A stretch of DNA of 43,517 nucleotides, from positions 1-43,517 of the forward strand of contig JANWVB010000001.1 in the NCBI GenBank assembly GCA_025057695.1, in the 5' to 3' direction. Shown here piece after piece: positions 18,620 to 28,690 of the stretch. The notes beneath the pieces were generated by a model. That model was not told the origin of the DNA and did not search any database. It saw only the letters and a list, made by a program, of their open reading frames with translations. Both the position numbers and the translations under genes were made by a program. This DNA is from Patescibacteria group bacterium (GTDB lineage Bacteria > Patescibacteriota > Microgenomatia > UBA8517). Position 1 is the first letter of the stretch, and every line of letters begins with the position of its first letter.

Positions 18620-19126
18620 ATGAATGATAAGCCAACTTTGTCGTATTATTTTACTCATCAATATCTACGGGACATTGTGCAAGATTATTTCGCTTTTTTT
18701 GATTCTGTTGTCAGGTTAGGAGATGCGATTTTAAAAAAAACATTAAGACAGACTTTTGAAACTTTAAAAAACTATAATCTATCTGAAACAGATGTATTAA
18801 TAGAAGAGGATGATTTTTCCTCTTTTATGGTCCCAATAGGAGCAAATAAAGCCCCTTTATTGGTTATCAAATTGCCAAAACCTAAAAATACAACTGAAGC
18901 AAGTCATGTGGCAATATTTCTTGGAGTCAGGCCAGTTCGTTTCTTTACCTTTGAACTTCACTTGCCAAATGAAATAGAAAAACAAATAAATCCAAACGCT
19001 CAAACTAAATATCTTTTAGCTGAATGGACCAAAAAAGAGCACAAGCTGTTAAATTTTAGTTGCAATGATCCCGATTCAACTAAATTTGCCCAAGCAATCG
19101 CAAACATACTAAATACAACCCATTAG
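18620..19126 (+). CDS. hypothetical protein (168 aa)
   Basis: Intact ORF with ATG. No recognisable motifs. One of the few uninterrupted ORFs in the tRNA-Gln-adjacent patch. Confidence 0.5.
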   Translation: MNDKPTLSYYFTHQYLRDIVQDYFAFFDSVVRLGDAILKKTLRQTFETLKNYNLSETDVLIEEDDFSSFMVPIGANKAPLLVIKLPKPKNTTEASHVAIFLGVRPVRFFTFELHLPNEIEKQINPNAQTKYLLAEWTKKEHKLLNFSCNDPDSTKFAQAIANILNTTH

Positions 19127-19160
19127 TAATCTGCCCAAAAAAAAGAGATATCTATGCAAA

Positions 19161-19462
19161 ATGTGTCACGGATTTTCTGATGAAGTAGATTTGCTCATGC
19201 AAAAACTTGAGAAAGCACGTTTTTTTGCCAAAGAAACGGAAACTATCACAATCTTGTTTGGCAAGCAAATATAGGTTTCAGACAGATTTCAGATCCACTC
19301 GCAAGCAAACTGCTTACAGAGTTGTTTATTGCAAATTTCGCTTCCTTTTATGAAAATAATTCTACACAAGGTCAATACTCACCCGATCTAAGAAAAAAGA
19401 TAAGAAGAATTTTAGCTCAATTTGTAACCAACACTCAAAAAAATTTTATTCAGACAATTTAG
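19161..19462 (+). pseudogene. decayed gene remnant of unknown function, with a -1 frameshift near 19266-19270
   Basis: MCHGFSDEVDLLMQKLEKARFFAKETETITILFGKQ ends at TAG. The -1 frame continues with protein-like ...NIGFRQISDPLASKLLTELFIANFASFYENNSTQGQYSPDLRKKIRRILAQFV... to TAG at 19460-19462. Confidence 0.3.
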
Positions 19463-19542
19463 CTCAACAAATTAACTTATTAACTTAGAAGATATTCTAA
19501 AAGCATTCTTGTTAGGAAAATTGTAAGTTAAATAACTAATTG

Positions 19543-21045
19543 TTAAGAACTATCTATCTTCCTCAACCTTTTTTGAATCTGGCGTCTTGCTGTTGTGGTA
19601 ACTACAAAACTTAACCAATCGTTATTGGGTTTGACTGGATTTTTGTGCTTTATTATTTCAACTACATCGCTATTTGAAAGTTTGTAATTAAGCGGAACTA
19701 TTTTGTTATTAACTTTTGCAACTTTTATGTAATCACCCAAGTCCGTATGCACAGCATATGCAAAATCAACAGGCGTTGCGCCAACAGGCAAATCATAGAC
19801 ATCTCCTTTTGGCGAAAAGACAAAGATCCTGTCACTTAAGGCATCAAACTTAACAGCCTTTAGAAATTCTTCAGAATCAGAAATTTCTTCCTGCCACTTT
19901 GCCAATTGTTTAACCCATCGCAATTTGTTCTCATCAACTTTTATCAAACCTTTCTCCAAACGTTCATCGCTTGCTCCTTTAGACTTTGCTTCAGAATACG
20001 CCCAGTGAGAAGCTGCACCGTACTCTGCCTGCTCATGCATTTCAAACGTTCTAATTTGTATCTCAACAAACCTGCCCTGAGGACCTAAAACTTTAGTGTG
20101 TATTGATCTATAACCATTGGGCTTTGGTTGGGCAATAAAATCAGATATACCAATATCAGGAATGGGCCTATAAGTATGATGCACAATACCCAAAGCGGCA
20201 TAGCAATCGGCAACCGTGTTTACCAAGATCCTAAGAGCCACAATATCATGAATTTTCTCAAAATCCCAATTTATATTTGGCCTATTTAGTTTTTTCCATA
20301 AAGAGTACAAATGTTTTTTGCGCGCATGCACTTCTGCTTGTATGCCATTTTCTACCAATCTTCTCAAAAGAGTATGCCTAATTTTCTTGATGTGCTGTTC
20401 GGCATTGGAATAATAAGGCTTGGATTCTTTAAGCACTCTTTCATATTCACTTTTGTATAAATAAGGAAACGCCATATCCTCTAATTTCCCTTTTATCTCA
20501 CCCATTCCAAGCCTCTCAGCAAGCGGAGCAAAAATTTCTATAGTTTCTTTTGCAAATCTTACTTGCCTGTCAACGGGAAGCGCGTACAAAGTGGCAAGAT
20601 TATCAAGTCTCTCAGCCATTCTTATGACAACAACGCGCAAATCTTTAGCCATTGCAAGGATCATTTTTCGTAAATTTTCGACAAAAATCTCATTGTCATT
20701 TCCCCTCACCTTAGCCTTTGACACACGAGAAACACTTTGCACTAAATTTGCTATTTCGTGTCCAAATTCTTGTACTAAATCCTCGCTTTTGGCCCCACCC
20801 CAATCAATAGTGTCGTGCAATATGCCAGAAACAATTGAAGTTATGTCCATTTTCCAATCAGCAAGATAAATAGCAGTATTAAGCGGATGCGCCAAAAACC
20901 ATTCCCCGGAATCTCTTTTTTGCCCGGTGTGAGCCAATTTTGCAAATTCCCAAGCTTTTTCTAACAACAAAATATCCTCTTTGCTAAAATTCCGATCAAA
21001 TAGTTTGTTCTTTAATTGATTAAACTTGTTTTCTAAATCAACCAT
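19543..21045 (-). CDS. relA: bifunctional (p)ppGpp synthetase/hydrolase, RelA/SpoT homolog (HD, synthetase and TGS domains; no ACT domain)
   Basis: HD hydrolase motifs (LAHPL..., GILHDTID), synthetase motifs (YRSIHTKV, EIQIRTFEMH) and a TGS domain (IFVFSPKGDVYDLPVGATPVDFAYAVH). Confidence 0.92.
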   Translation of the reverse strand: MVDLENKFNQLKNKLFDRNFSKEDILLLEKAWEFAKLAHTGQKRDSGEWFLAHPLNTAIYLADWKMDITSIVSGILHDTIDWGGAKSEDLVQEFGHEIANLVQSVSRVSKAKVRGNDNEIFVENLRKMILAMAKDLRVVVIRMAERLDNLATLYALPVDRQVRFAKETIEIFAPLAERLGMGEIKGKLEDMAFPYLYKSEYERVLKESKPYYSNAEQHIKKIRHTLLRRLVENGIQAEVHARKKHLYSLWKKLNRPNINWDFEKIHDIVALRILVNTVADCYAALGIVHHTYRPIPDIGISDFIAQPKPNGYRSIHTKVLGPQGRFVEIQIRTFEMHEQAEYGAASHWAYSEAKSKGASDERLEKGLIKVDENKLRWVKQLAKWQEEISDSEEFLKAVKFDALSDRIFVFSPKGDVYDLPVGATPVDFAYAVHTDLGDYIKVAKVNNKIVPLNYKLSNSDVVEIIKHKNPVKPNNDWLSFVVTTTARRQIQKRLRKIDSS

Positions 21046-22726
21046 GTTTTTTTAAATCCTTTAATTTTAATTCCAAAGTTTCTTGACCATTCCATGCATT
21101 TAACTCAATTGTATACGCAACGTCAACCACATCGCCAATTTTAATATTAAAATCAACCATGTTAAACCCAATCGCGCTAATCAACAAATTATTAGCATCT
21201 GATAAAACCAATTTGATATGCTTGCCATCGTTGCCAACAACTTTCAGATCTTTCACTGTTAAACTTCCTGTCATAAAAACCGGATTAGGATTGGCAACAC
21301 CTACTGGTTCAAAAAGTTGTAACTTCTCATAAAGGGAAGTGGTGATTTGATCAAGACCTAAACTTAAATCAATTTTAAGCTTTCTGGTTTTTACCTCATC
21401 AGTAATTGTAGTGGAAGAAGATTTTAATATTTGTTGGGTAAATTGTTCTATCTTGGCAGTTTCTATGGAAAAACCAGCCGCCATTGGATGACCGCCTCCA
21501 TTTAATATCAATTTTGAGTGTTGCCTTATTGACTCTATGATATTAAAGCCTGAGATTGATCTTGCCGATGCTTTTGATACCGATTCGCCTTTTGAAATCA
21601 CAATTGCGGGCAAATAATATTGTTCAACAATCTTGGAGGCAGCAAGCCCTATCACTCCTTCATGGAAAGTCTCGTGAGCGACAACTATCACTCCCTGCCA
21701 AACTTGCTTTTCTACCTCTTTTCTTGCCAATGACAAAACTTCATCCAATATCTTTTGTCTTTCTATATTAGTCTTGTTAAGAGATTCTGCCAATTCGCAA
21801 GCTCTTTTTTGATTTTTAACGCACAAAAGCCTCAAAGAATCAATTGCCGAATCAAGTCTGCCGGTTGCATTTATTCGAGGAGCTATCTGAAAATTAATTT
21901 CATAAACCCCAATTTTTCCCATTTGCAATCCAGCTGTTTCAACAAGAGCCTTAAGACCAATTCTTTTTGTCAAATTAATTTGTTTAATTCCATACTTTGC
22001 AAAAGATCTATTAGCGCTAAGCAAGGGCATTTGATCAGATATCGTCCCTATAGCGCATAAATCAAGTGTAGGAATAGCCAAATTTTGCACATCTTCCTTT
22101 GACAATTTCTTCAACAACTCCCGACAAAATATCCAAGAAATTCCAGCACCCGATATTTTATCTGTATGAACTATAGAGTAAGCATCAGGTAAATTTTCAC
22201 CTTTTTGGTGATGATCCGTAACAATTACATCAATCCCCAAATCTTTGGCTCTTTTTACCGCATCACAGGCAACAATTCCATTGTCAACAGTAATAATTAA
22301 AGATACTTTTGGGTTTTGGCTTTTTATTGAAACTATGCTGTCTGCATTTATTCCATAACCTTCAGAGAAACGATTTGGAATGTAAGGCATGACGTTTTTT
22401 GTGTATTTATACAAGCTTTCCCACATTATGGCTGTTGCGCACACGCCATCTGCGTCATAATCTCCATATATCAAAATATGTTCTTTGTTTTTTATGGCTT
22501 TTACTATTCTGGTTATTGATTTCCTAACCGCATCTTTGTCCATACCAACATCCAAAAGACTAACATCAAGCGGATGTTTTGGTTTTAAAAATTCATTTTT
22601 TTGTTTCTCAGTTTGACAACCTCTATTTTTTAACAAAATTTCAATAATTTCATTTTCGTCAAAAACTTTGCCGGAATACAAAAGCTCCCATTTTTTAGGT
22701 ACAGAATTTTTTATTTTCATAAACAA
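21038..22726 (-). CDS. recJ: single-stranded-DNA-specific exonuclease RecJ
   Basis: DHH family motifs (YGDYDADGV, VTDHH) and the DHHA1 motif GGGHPMAAG. 562 aa. Confidence 0.93.
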   Translation of the reverse strand: MFMKIKNSVPKKWELLYSGKVFDENEIIEILLKNRGCQTEKQKNEFLKPKHPLDVSLLDVGMDKDAVRKSITRIVKAIKNKEHILIYGDYDADGVCATAIMWESLYKYTKNVMPYIPNRFSEGYGINADSIVSIKSQNPKVSLIITVDNGIVACDAVKRAKDLGIDVIVTDHHQKGENLPDAYSIVHTDKISGAGISWIFCRELLKKLSKEDVQNLAIPTLDLCAIGTISDQMPLLSANRSFAKYGIKQINLTKRIGLKALVETAGLQMGKIGVYEINFQIAPRINATGRLDSAIDSLRLLCVKNQKRACELAESLNKTNIERQKILDEVLSLARKEVEKQVWQGVIVVAHETFHEGVIGLAASKIVEQYYLPAIVISKGESVSKASARSISGFNIIESIRQHSKLILNGGGHPMAAGFSIETAKIEQFTQQILKSSSTTITDEVKTRKLKIDLSLGLDQITTSLYEKLQLFEPVGVANPNPVFMTGSLTVKDLKVVGNDGKHIKLVLSDANNLLISAIGFNMVDFNIKIGDVVDVAYTIELNAWNGQETLELKLKDLKKHG

Positions 22727-22775
22727 AAATTTTAATCCAGTTTAAAACATATAACGCTAAAAGTATAATTAGCAT

Positions 22776-24167
22776 ATGTTGATTGCAATTCCAAAAGAAG
22801 TGGTAACAATTATCAAGGAATTCCAAAAACATAAATACCCCATATATATAGTAGGAGGCGCTGTAAGAGATATCTTAATGGGCAAAGAAGTCTCAGATTG
22901 GGATTTCACTACCTCCGCAACACCAGAAGAAATGCTAGCATTTCTACCTAATTCCTACTACACAAACTCCTTTGGAACCGTAGGTGTCCCAAGTGAAACA
23001 AAAGATCTAAAACCTTTTGAGATAACTACATTTCGAACAGAACATGGCGGTTATTCAGATCACAGAAGACCAAATGAAGTAAGATGGGGCAAAACGCTTA
23101 AAGAAGACTTGCAAAGGCGAGACTTTACAATCAACGCATTAGCACTAGAAGTAAATTTAGATAATCAAAAAAGAAAAGACCTTCTTGAAGTTAATTTGAT
23201 TGATTACTTTGACGGCAAAAAGGACTTAAATGAAAAAATCATAAAAGCAGTTGGTGAACCACACGATCGTTTTAGCGAAGACGCTTTGAGACTTGTGAGA
23301 GCGGTAAGAATAGCTTCAGAATTGGGATTTAATATCGAGAAAAACACATTTGAAGCAATCAAAAAACATAGTGATTTAATAAATAAAATCTCAAAAGAGA
23401 GAATTCGAGACGAGTTAATTAAAATATTTTCATCTCCTAAACCACATAAAGGTATCATACTTCTTAAAGAGACCCTTCTGCTAGAGCACATTTTGCCCGA
23501 GATGACAAAAACATATGGAGTTGAACAAAAATCCCCCGGAAGGCACCATATATCAGATGTGTGGACACATTCACTTGATTCTCTCAAATTCGTGTCGGAG
23601 TTAAACAATGACCCAATTGTACGGTTTGCAACTTTCATACATGACATCGGCAAACCCCAAACGTTCAAAGTTCTGCCAAGTGGAACAATAACTTTTTACA
23701 ACCATGAGGTAGTCGGAGCCATAATAGCAAGACGAATCGCGGAAAGATTAAGATTTTCTAATGAACAAAAAGACAAATTGGTAAGGCTAGTTAGATACCA
23801 TCAATTTACAGTAAATGAAAATCAGACAGACTCTGCATTAAGAAGATTTATAAGAAATGTAACTCCTCAATTAATCCCAGACATGATTGACTTGCGAATA
23901 GGCGATAGACTTGGAAGTGGAGCAAAACTAACTTCTTGGAGATTGGAAAACTTTAAAAAAAGATTAATTGAAGTGCAAAAACAACCCTTTAGTCTAAAGG
24001 ATATAAAAGTTACAGGACATGATGTAATGGAGATATTAAACATTCCTCCAGGCAAAAAAGTCGGCGAAGTGTTAAATGACATCTTTAAAAAAGTCGAAAA
24101 TAAAGAGCTGGAAAACGAAAGAGATGCTTTGGTTCAATACATTAAATCTTTAAAAACTGAGGCTTAA
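22776..24167 (+). CDS. cca: CCA-adding tRNA nucleotidyltransferase with HD domain
   Basis: GGAVRD, DFTT, RRDFTINAL and RFSEDALRLVRAVR head-domain motifs, plus the HD motif FIHDIGKP. Confidence 0.88.
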   Translation: MLIAIPKEVVTIIKEFQKHKYPIYIVGGAVRDILMGKEVSDWDFTTSATPEEMLAFLPNSYYTNSFGTVGVPSETKDLKPFEITTFRTEHGGYSDHRRPNEVRWGKTLKEDLQRRDFTINALALEVNLDNQKRKDLLEVNLIDYFDGKKDLNEKIIKAVGEPHDRFSEDALRLVRAVRIASELGFNIEKNTFEAIKKHSDLINKISKERIRDELIKIFSSPKPHKGIILLKETLLLEHILPEMTKTYGVEQKSPGRHHISDVWTHSLDSLKFVSELNNDPIVRFATFIHDIGKPQTFKVLPSGTITFYNHEVVGAIIARRIAERLRFSNEQKDKLVRLVRYHQFTVNENQTDSALRRFIRNVTPQLIPDMIDLRIGDRLGSGAKLTSWRLENFKKRLIEVQKQPFSLKDIKVTGHDVMEILNIPPGKKVGEVLNDIFKKVENKELENERDALVQYIKSLKTEA

Positions 24168-25042
24168 AACTTTTTCTCTTTTAGTTTAGTCAAATAAACC
24201 AAAACCGGAACAGCAACAAACGGCGAAGAATAAGTGCCTGCAATTGTCCCAACCAACAAAGCAATCGCAAACCAAAAAACAGATGATCCGCCAAATAAAA
24301 TAAGAGCAAAAAGCATAAATATTATTGTGAAAGAATTGTTAAGAGACCTAACCATGGTTTGATTAATTGCTAGATTAGCAACTTCAGATATATCCCCAAT
24401 TGCCTTTGCTTTAAGTTCTCTTATCCTATCAAAAACAACTATCGTATCATGCACTGAAAAAGACAATGTAGTTAGGACTGCAGTAACAAACAAAAAATCA
24501 ACAGTTGCGCCCCAAAAGCGACCAAAGAAAGCAAAACTAGAAACAAGTATAAATGTGTCATGCAACATAGCAATAATTGCCGATAGTCCATATCTAAAAT
24601 TTCTAAATTGATATGCAACCCATAATAAAATTGCAATTGAAGAAATCAAAACCGCGTAAAATGTTTTGCGAATCATTTCCGGTCCAATTGATGGACCAAC
24701 TGATTCAAACCTTAATTGTTCAAAATTTAAATCTGGATAGATTTCTTTTAAATATTTATCCAAAGAATCCTTAAGTTCGTTGTCAGAACTTGCAATTTTA
24801 AAGATGTAATTTCCATCATCTGCAGGTTGAATTGCCGAAACACTAACACCTTTATTGGACAGTTCAACAATCAGAAAATCAGTTTTTACTGAAGATTCAA
24901 ATTTATACTCTGCTATCACTCCACCTTTAAAATCAATACCTAAAGGCAAACCCCACAAGAAAACACCTACCAATCCGCTAATTATAAAAAAGAGCGAAAT
25001 AATCAAATAAAATTTACAGTAGCTTAACCAATTAATATTCAT
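24164..25042 (-). CDS. secF: protein translocase subunit SecF
   Basis: Polytopic membrane protein with GIDFKGG and RSLNNS-type SecF motifs, immediately downstream of secD. Confidence 0.93.
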   Translation of the reverse strand: MNINWLSYCKFYLIISLFFIISGLVGVFLWGLPLGIDFKGGVIAEYKFESSVKTDFLIVELSNKGVSVSAIQPADDGNYIFKIASSDNELKDSLDKYLKEIYPDLNFEQLRFESVGPSIGPEMIRKTFYAVLISSIAILLWVAYQFRNFRYGLSAIIAMLHDTFILVSSFAFFGRFWGATVDFLFVTAVLTTLSFSVHDTIVVFDRIRELKAKAIGDISEVANLAINQTMVRSLNNSFTIIFMLFALILFGGSSVFWFAIALLVGTIAGTYSSPFVAVPVLVYLTKLKEKKF

Positions 25043-26359
25043 TTAACGAATAAAAGCTCTCATAATAGTTCTGCTAATAAATAAACCAGTAAACAAACTA
25101 ACAAAAATCCCCAAAGCCAAGGTGATAGCAAATCCTCTAACAGGGCCTGAAGTATGCAAAAAAGAAAAATCAAAAGGATTGGCCAAAACAAAAGCCGTCA
25201 CTAAAGTCGCAATGTTTGCATCACGTATAGAATCCCAAGCTTTTCCAAAAGAAACTTCAAGAGCATCAGCCAACAATCTTCTCCTTTTCTCTTCTTTGAA
25301 CCTTTCAAAAATTAAGATATTTGAATCAACAGCCATGCCAACAGAAAGCAAAAATCCGGCAATCCCCGGAAGTGTCAGCACTATTGGCACAAGTTTATAC
25401 AAACAAATCGTAATTACACTAAAAGAAAATAAAGCAAAAAGCGCGACAAAGCCTAAATTTTTATAAATCAAAAGCATAAAAATAGCGACCATGCAAATAC
25501 CAATTATCCCAGCGTTGATGCTTTTTTGTATCGAATCAGAGCCAAGAGCGGCTCCCACAACTCTTTGCTCCACTAATGTCACAGGAACAGGAAGCGCTCC
25601 GGCATTAAGCTGTATTGACAAAGATTTTGCATCATTTAGGCTGAAGTCTCCACTTATAATCGCCTTTCCGCCAGTTATTTTCTCTTGAACCAAAGGAGCT
25701 GATATGGGCATTCCATCAATTAAAATAGGTAAAACCTTGCCAACATTTCTGGCAGTTATTTCAGCAAATTTTTCTTCGCCCTCCTTTGTGAAATTTATTG
25801 CAATCACCGGCTTGCCGGTTGTTTGATCATATATTACATCCGAACTTTCAAGGTCAGCTCCAGTTAAATCAGTAGGGATCAAGCCGGGATTATCTTCTGA
25901 ACCTAATTCTGCAAAAACTAGCTGAGCTGTAGAACCAATCAGGCTATTTGCTTCTTTTGTATCTTTTACACCTGGCAGTTCAACGATAATTCTATCTTTC
26001 CCCTCAAAAGTGGATAATCTCACTTCAGGTTCAGAAATACCAAAAAGATTAACTCTTTTTTCTATTATGCTTTTTAAGCCATCAAGTGCCAATTGTTTTC
26101 TAGACTGATCTATGCCTGATGTATCAGCCTCAAAAACCATATGGCTTCCACCTGCTAAATCAAGACCTAGTTTTAGATTCTGTCTTTCATTAAGATTAAA
26201 CCCAAAAAGATTTATATCCAATTGCGGTTTTTTAAATTGAAATTGATAAGAAAAGTAAGGCACATTGACATTGAAAAAATATTCTTGCGGCAAAGCAATA
26301 TATGTTGCGAAAACTAAAATCAAGAGAATGACAACTAATCTGGAGATCGTTTTTTTCAT
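25043..26359 (-). CDS. secD: protein translocase subunit SecD
   Basis: LGLDLAGGSHMV, a periplasmic P1 domain and a C-terminal 6-TM bundle (AVDSNILIFERFKEE). Abuts secF with no gap. Confidence 0.93.
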   Translation of the reverse strand: MKKTISRLVVILLILVFATYIALPQEYFFNVNVPYFSYQFQFKKPQLDINLFGFNLNERQNLKLGLDLAGGSHMVFEADTSGIDQSRKQLALDGLKSIIEKRVNLFGISEPEVRLSTFEGKDRIIVELPGVKDTKEANSLIGSTAQLVFAELGSEDNPGLIPTDLTGADLESSDVIYDQTTGKPVIAINFTKEGEEKFAEITARNVGKVLPILIDGMPISAPLVQEKITGGKAIISGDFSLNDAKSLSIQLNAGALPVPVTLVEQRVVGAALGSDSIQKSINAGIIGICMVAIFMLLIYKNLGFVALFALFSFSVITICLYKLVPIVLTLPGIAGFLLSVGMAVDSNILIFERFKEEKRRRLLADALEVSFGKAWDSIRDANIATLVTAFVLANPFDFSFLHTSGPVRGFAITLALGIFVSLFTGLFISRTIMRAFIR

Positions 26360-26368
26360 AAAAAAAAC

Positions 26369-26992
26369 TTAACCAACCAAATCTTCCTCATCGCCTATAA
26401 TCATCACCCTACTACCTAATAATATCCCTTGCAAAAAGGGATCGCGTCTTTTTTTTCTGAAATCAAATTCATCATGACCCATGACTGTATAATTTATCTC
26501 CTGATTGCGTTTTGATTCTTCTTTTCTTATTAGTTGAGCAAGTTCTGCTAAAACTACCTCTCCCACTACTAAAATATCCACTTCATCGTCACGCTTTCGA
26601 GGTTTTCTCCTAACAAACCTGCCTGAAAACATAACAAACAAAACTTTTCCCAACTTGCTTTTATTAACAACAATTTCTTTACCAAGACCGGTTGTTTTTG
26701 CAATTATTGCCAAAATTTCCCCAAAAAAGGGATATTCTGGTCTTGCCCAATAATAAAGCCTGTTTCCTCTTTGCTCTTTTTTAAGAAGCCCACCATCTTC
26801 TAAGTTTTTAAGCTCTCTTCTTACAGCATTTATTTCCTCACCAACACGTCTCACAATCTCACGAACATGATAAATTTCTGTGACATTGGACCAAAGAAGT
26901 TCAATTATTTTTACTCTTACTTTAGATGTGACAATATCCGAGAGTTCAGCCATGTAAGTAATCGAAGGCAGAAGAAAAAATTCTTTGTGCAA
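26369..26992 (-). CDS. winged-helix (ArsR-like) transcriptional regulator with an uncharacterised C-terminal domain
   Basis: SKVRVKIIELL...HVREIVRRVGEEINAVRRELKNLEDGGLL is a typical wHTH. The probable true start is MAELSD, 13 codons downstream of the tracked start. Confidence 0.6.
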   Translation of the reverse strand: MHKEFFLLPSITYMAELSDIVTSKVRVKIIELLWSNVTEIYHVREIVRRVGEEINAVRRELKNLEDGGLLKKEQRGNRLYYWARPEYPFFGEILAIIAKTTGLGKEIVVNKSKLGKVLFVMFSGRFVRRKPRKRDDEVDILVVGEVVLAELAQLIRKEESKRNQEINYTVMGHDEFDFRKKRRDPFLQGILLGSRVMIIGDEEDLVG

Positions 26993-28216
26993 TTAATATT
27001 CTATCTTGTTCCCGTCAGGCACAGCTTCTATCCATATTTTACCTCGAACAAAAAATACTTCTTTCCCCATCTTGTCATAATACCTAGTCCTACTAAATTG
27101 ATTAGCTTTCTCCCAAACTATATCTATCACATCGCCATTTTGAAACAAAAATCCTTTTCCTTTGCCAATATTTTGATAAAACATATGACCCTCATTATCT
27201 ACTGGGCCTCTTTCTTTAACAAATTGTATCAATAAATTTTGTGCGGATATCTGCTCACCTGTTTCATGGTCAACATGCTTAACACCACCATTAAATCTTT
27301 TGTAACTATTAGACGGCGCATCATACTCCCAAACAACATCATAATTAGGCTTATTTTGCCAAAAACTAAAAGATATCTTATCTGTCTTTGGCTGAAGAAT
27401 AGGATTGTTGTCTGAGAATTTCCACATCACAAAGTTAGCATCCCATGCTCTGCCATTTTCACCAACTGCACCAAAACCACGAGCTTTGGACTCTTCATAA
27501 ATTTTATCTGTGAAACCAACAAAAGTATGTTCCCATGCTACTTCGCGTCCAAGACGATTCACATCTCGAATCATTATTGGATAACCAACACTTGTCCCAC
27601 CGTCAAAAGCGTTTCTTTTTGATCCTCGCCACCCTAACTTGTCCAACATCTTAAACGCGTCAACTTCTTTGGTCACTTGACCAACCGGCTTAACACCACC
27701 TGGACAATTTCTGCAAATATTATTTGCTCCGCCCACATGAACAAATAAAGGATTCTCTCCATACTCAGCCGCCCAATTTATAAAATACACCCTTGCGCTT
27801 CTAATTGGACCAATTTTTACCCCAGAATAGGCAACATCACAATACATTACTGCTAGAAATCTAGTTATTCCTCCTTCAGCAACAGCTTCATAAACAATAT
27901 CTGCGCTACCAATACCTGACTGAGGCCTTGCATCTTCATGATTCTCAATTATTGCAACAATAGGACGCCTTTCCTCCCATATTTGTCTCTCTTGCGCTGT
28001 AAACATCTGTCCATTCATAGGGCACTGTTCAGTTTTGGGAAGTGAGGGATCAATTTTTGAATTTGACTCTGAAGTTTTAGCTACAGGAGAAACATTTGGC
28101 TCATTTTTCAAGAAACTAAAAACCAACCAAGAGATCCCAGCCGCTAAAAGATAAACACCCAAGAAAGTACTAATTATATAATACAGTTTGTTTTTGAAAA
28201 CGGATTGATTATTCAT
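26993..28216 (-). CDS. DUF3048 (YerB-like) secreted/lipoprotein-type protein
   Basis: N-terminal TM/signal anchor. IENHEDARPQSGIGSADIVYEAVAEGGITRFLAVMY is the DUF3048 signature. Confidence 0.75.
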   Translation of the reverse strand: MNNQSVFKNKLYYIISTFLGVYLLAAGISWLVFSFLKNEPNVSPVAKTSESNSKIDPSLPKTEQCPMNGQMFTAQERQIWEERRPIVAIIENHEDARPQSGIGSADIVYEAVAEGGITRFLAVMYCDVAYSGVKIGPIRSARVYFINWAAEYGENPLFVHVGGANNICRNCPGGVKPVGQVTKEVDAFKMLDKLGWRGSKRNAFDGGTSVGYPIMIRDVNRLGREVAWEHTFVGFTDKIYEESKARGFGAVGENGRAWDANFVMWKFSDNNPILQPKTDKISFSFWQNKPNYDVVWEYDAPSNSYKRFNGGVKHVDHETGEQISAQNLLIQFVKERGPVDNEGHMFYQNIGKGKGFLFQNGDVIDIVWEKANQFSRTRYYDKMGKEVFFVRGKIWIEAVPDGNKIEY

Positions 28217-28225
28217 AACGACATT

Positions 28226-28690
28226 TTATTTTTTAGATAACCAACTGGTAGCGCGTTCAAGCGACTTTCTTTCTTCTTCCGATAATGCAAGATCGCTTTT
28301 ACCATTTGTTATAGCTTTGAAATAAATCCTTGTCATATCCCTTGAATGCAAACTAGTAACAATTATCCCATCAAGCTCTCCATTAAGCAATGTTAAACAA
28401 AAACTTTGATCTCCACCCATGTCATTAAATGGATTAAATCGAATATAACCTAACCTTTGCAAACATTTTCTTTGATCTGATTTAACCAAAGACAACTGCT
28501 TGCTTAGCTCAGACAAACGCGACTCGCTTTTATCAATCCTTTTTATTGTTTGATCTAAAAGATCAATAAGATTTTGTCCCTTAACATCTTTTGACAAAAC
28601 TTTGAAAAAGGCATGCATTCTAAACAAAAAAAAGCTTAAGATCGCTATACATACAAAAAGAGCTATAATTAGGTAAGTTAATATACCCAT
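28226..28690 (-). CDS. DUF4446 family protein
   Basis: N-terminal TM helix plus IRFNPFNDMGGDQSFCLTLLNGELDGIIVTSLHSRD, characteristic of DUF4446. Confidence 0.7.
   Translation of the reverse strand: MGILTYLIIALFVCIAILSFFLFRMHAFFKVLSKDVKGQNLIDLLDQTIKRIDKSESRLSELSKQLSLVKSDQRKCLQRLGYIRFNPFNDMGGDQSFCLTLLNGELDGIIVTSLHSRDMTRIYFKAITNGKSDLALSEEERKSLERATSWLSKK

Noticed and set aside
13698-19542. A classical integrative element (integrase plus direct repeat of the tRNA 3' end) at tRNA-Gln, and likewise at tRNA-Pro (32943-36116).
   Set aside because: By eye I found no tyrosine or serine recombinase-like ORF, and no copy of the tRNA 3' segment (TTCGAATCCCTATCCCGCA, or the tRNA-Pro equivalent) at the distal borders. 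A sensitive repeat search is still needed.
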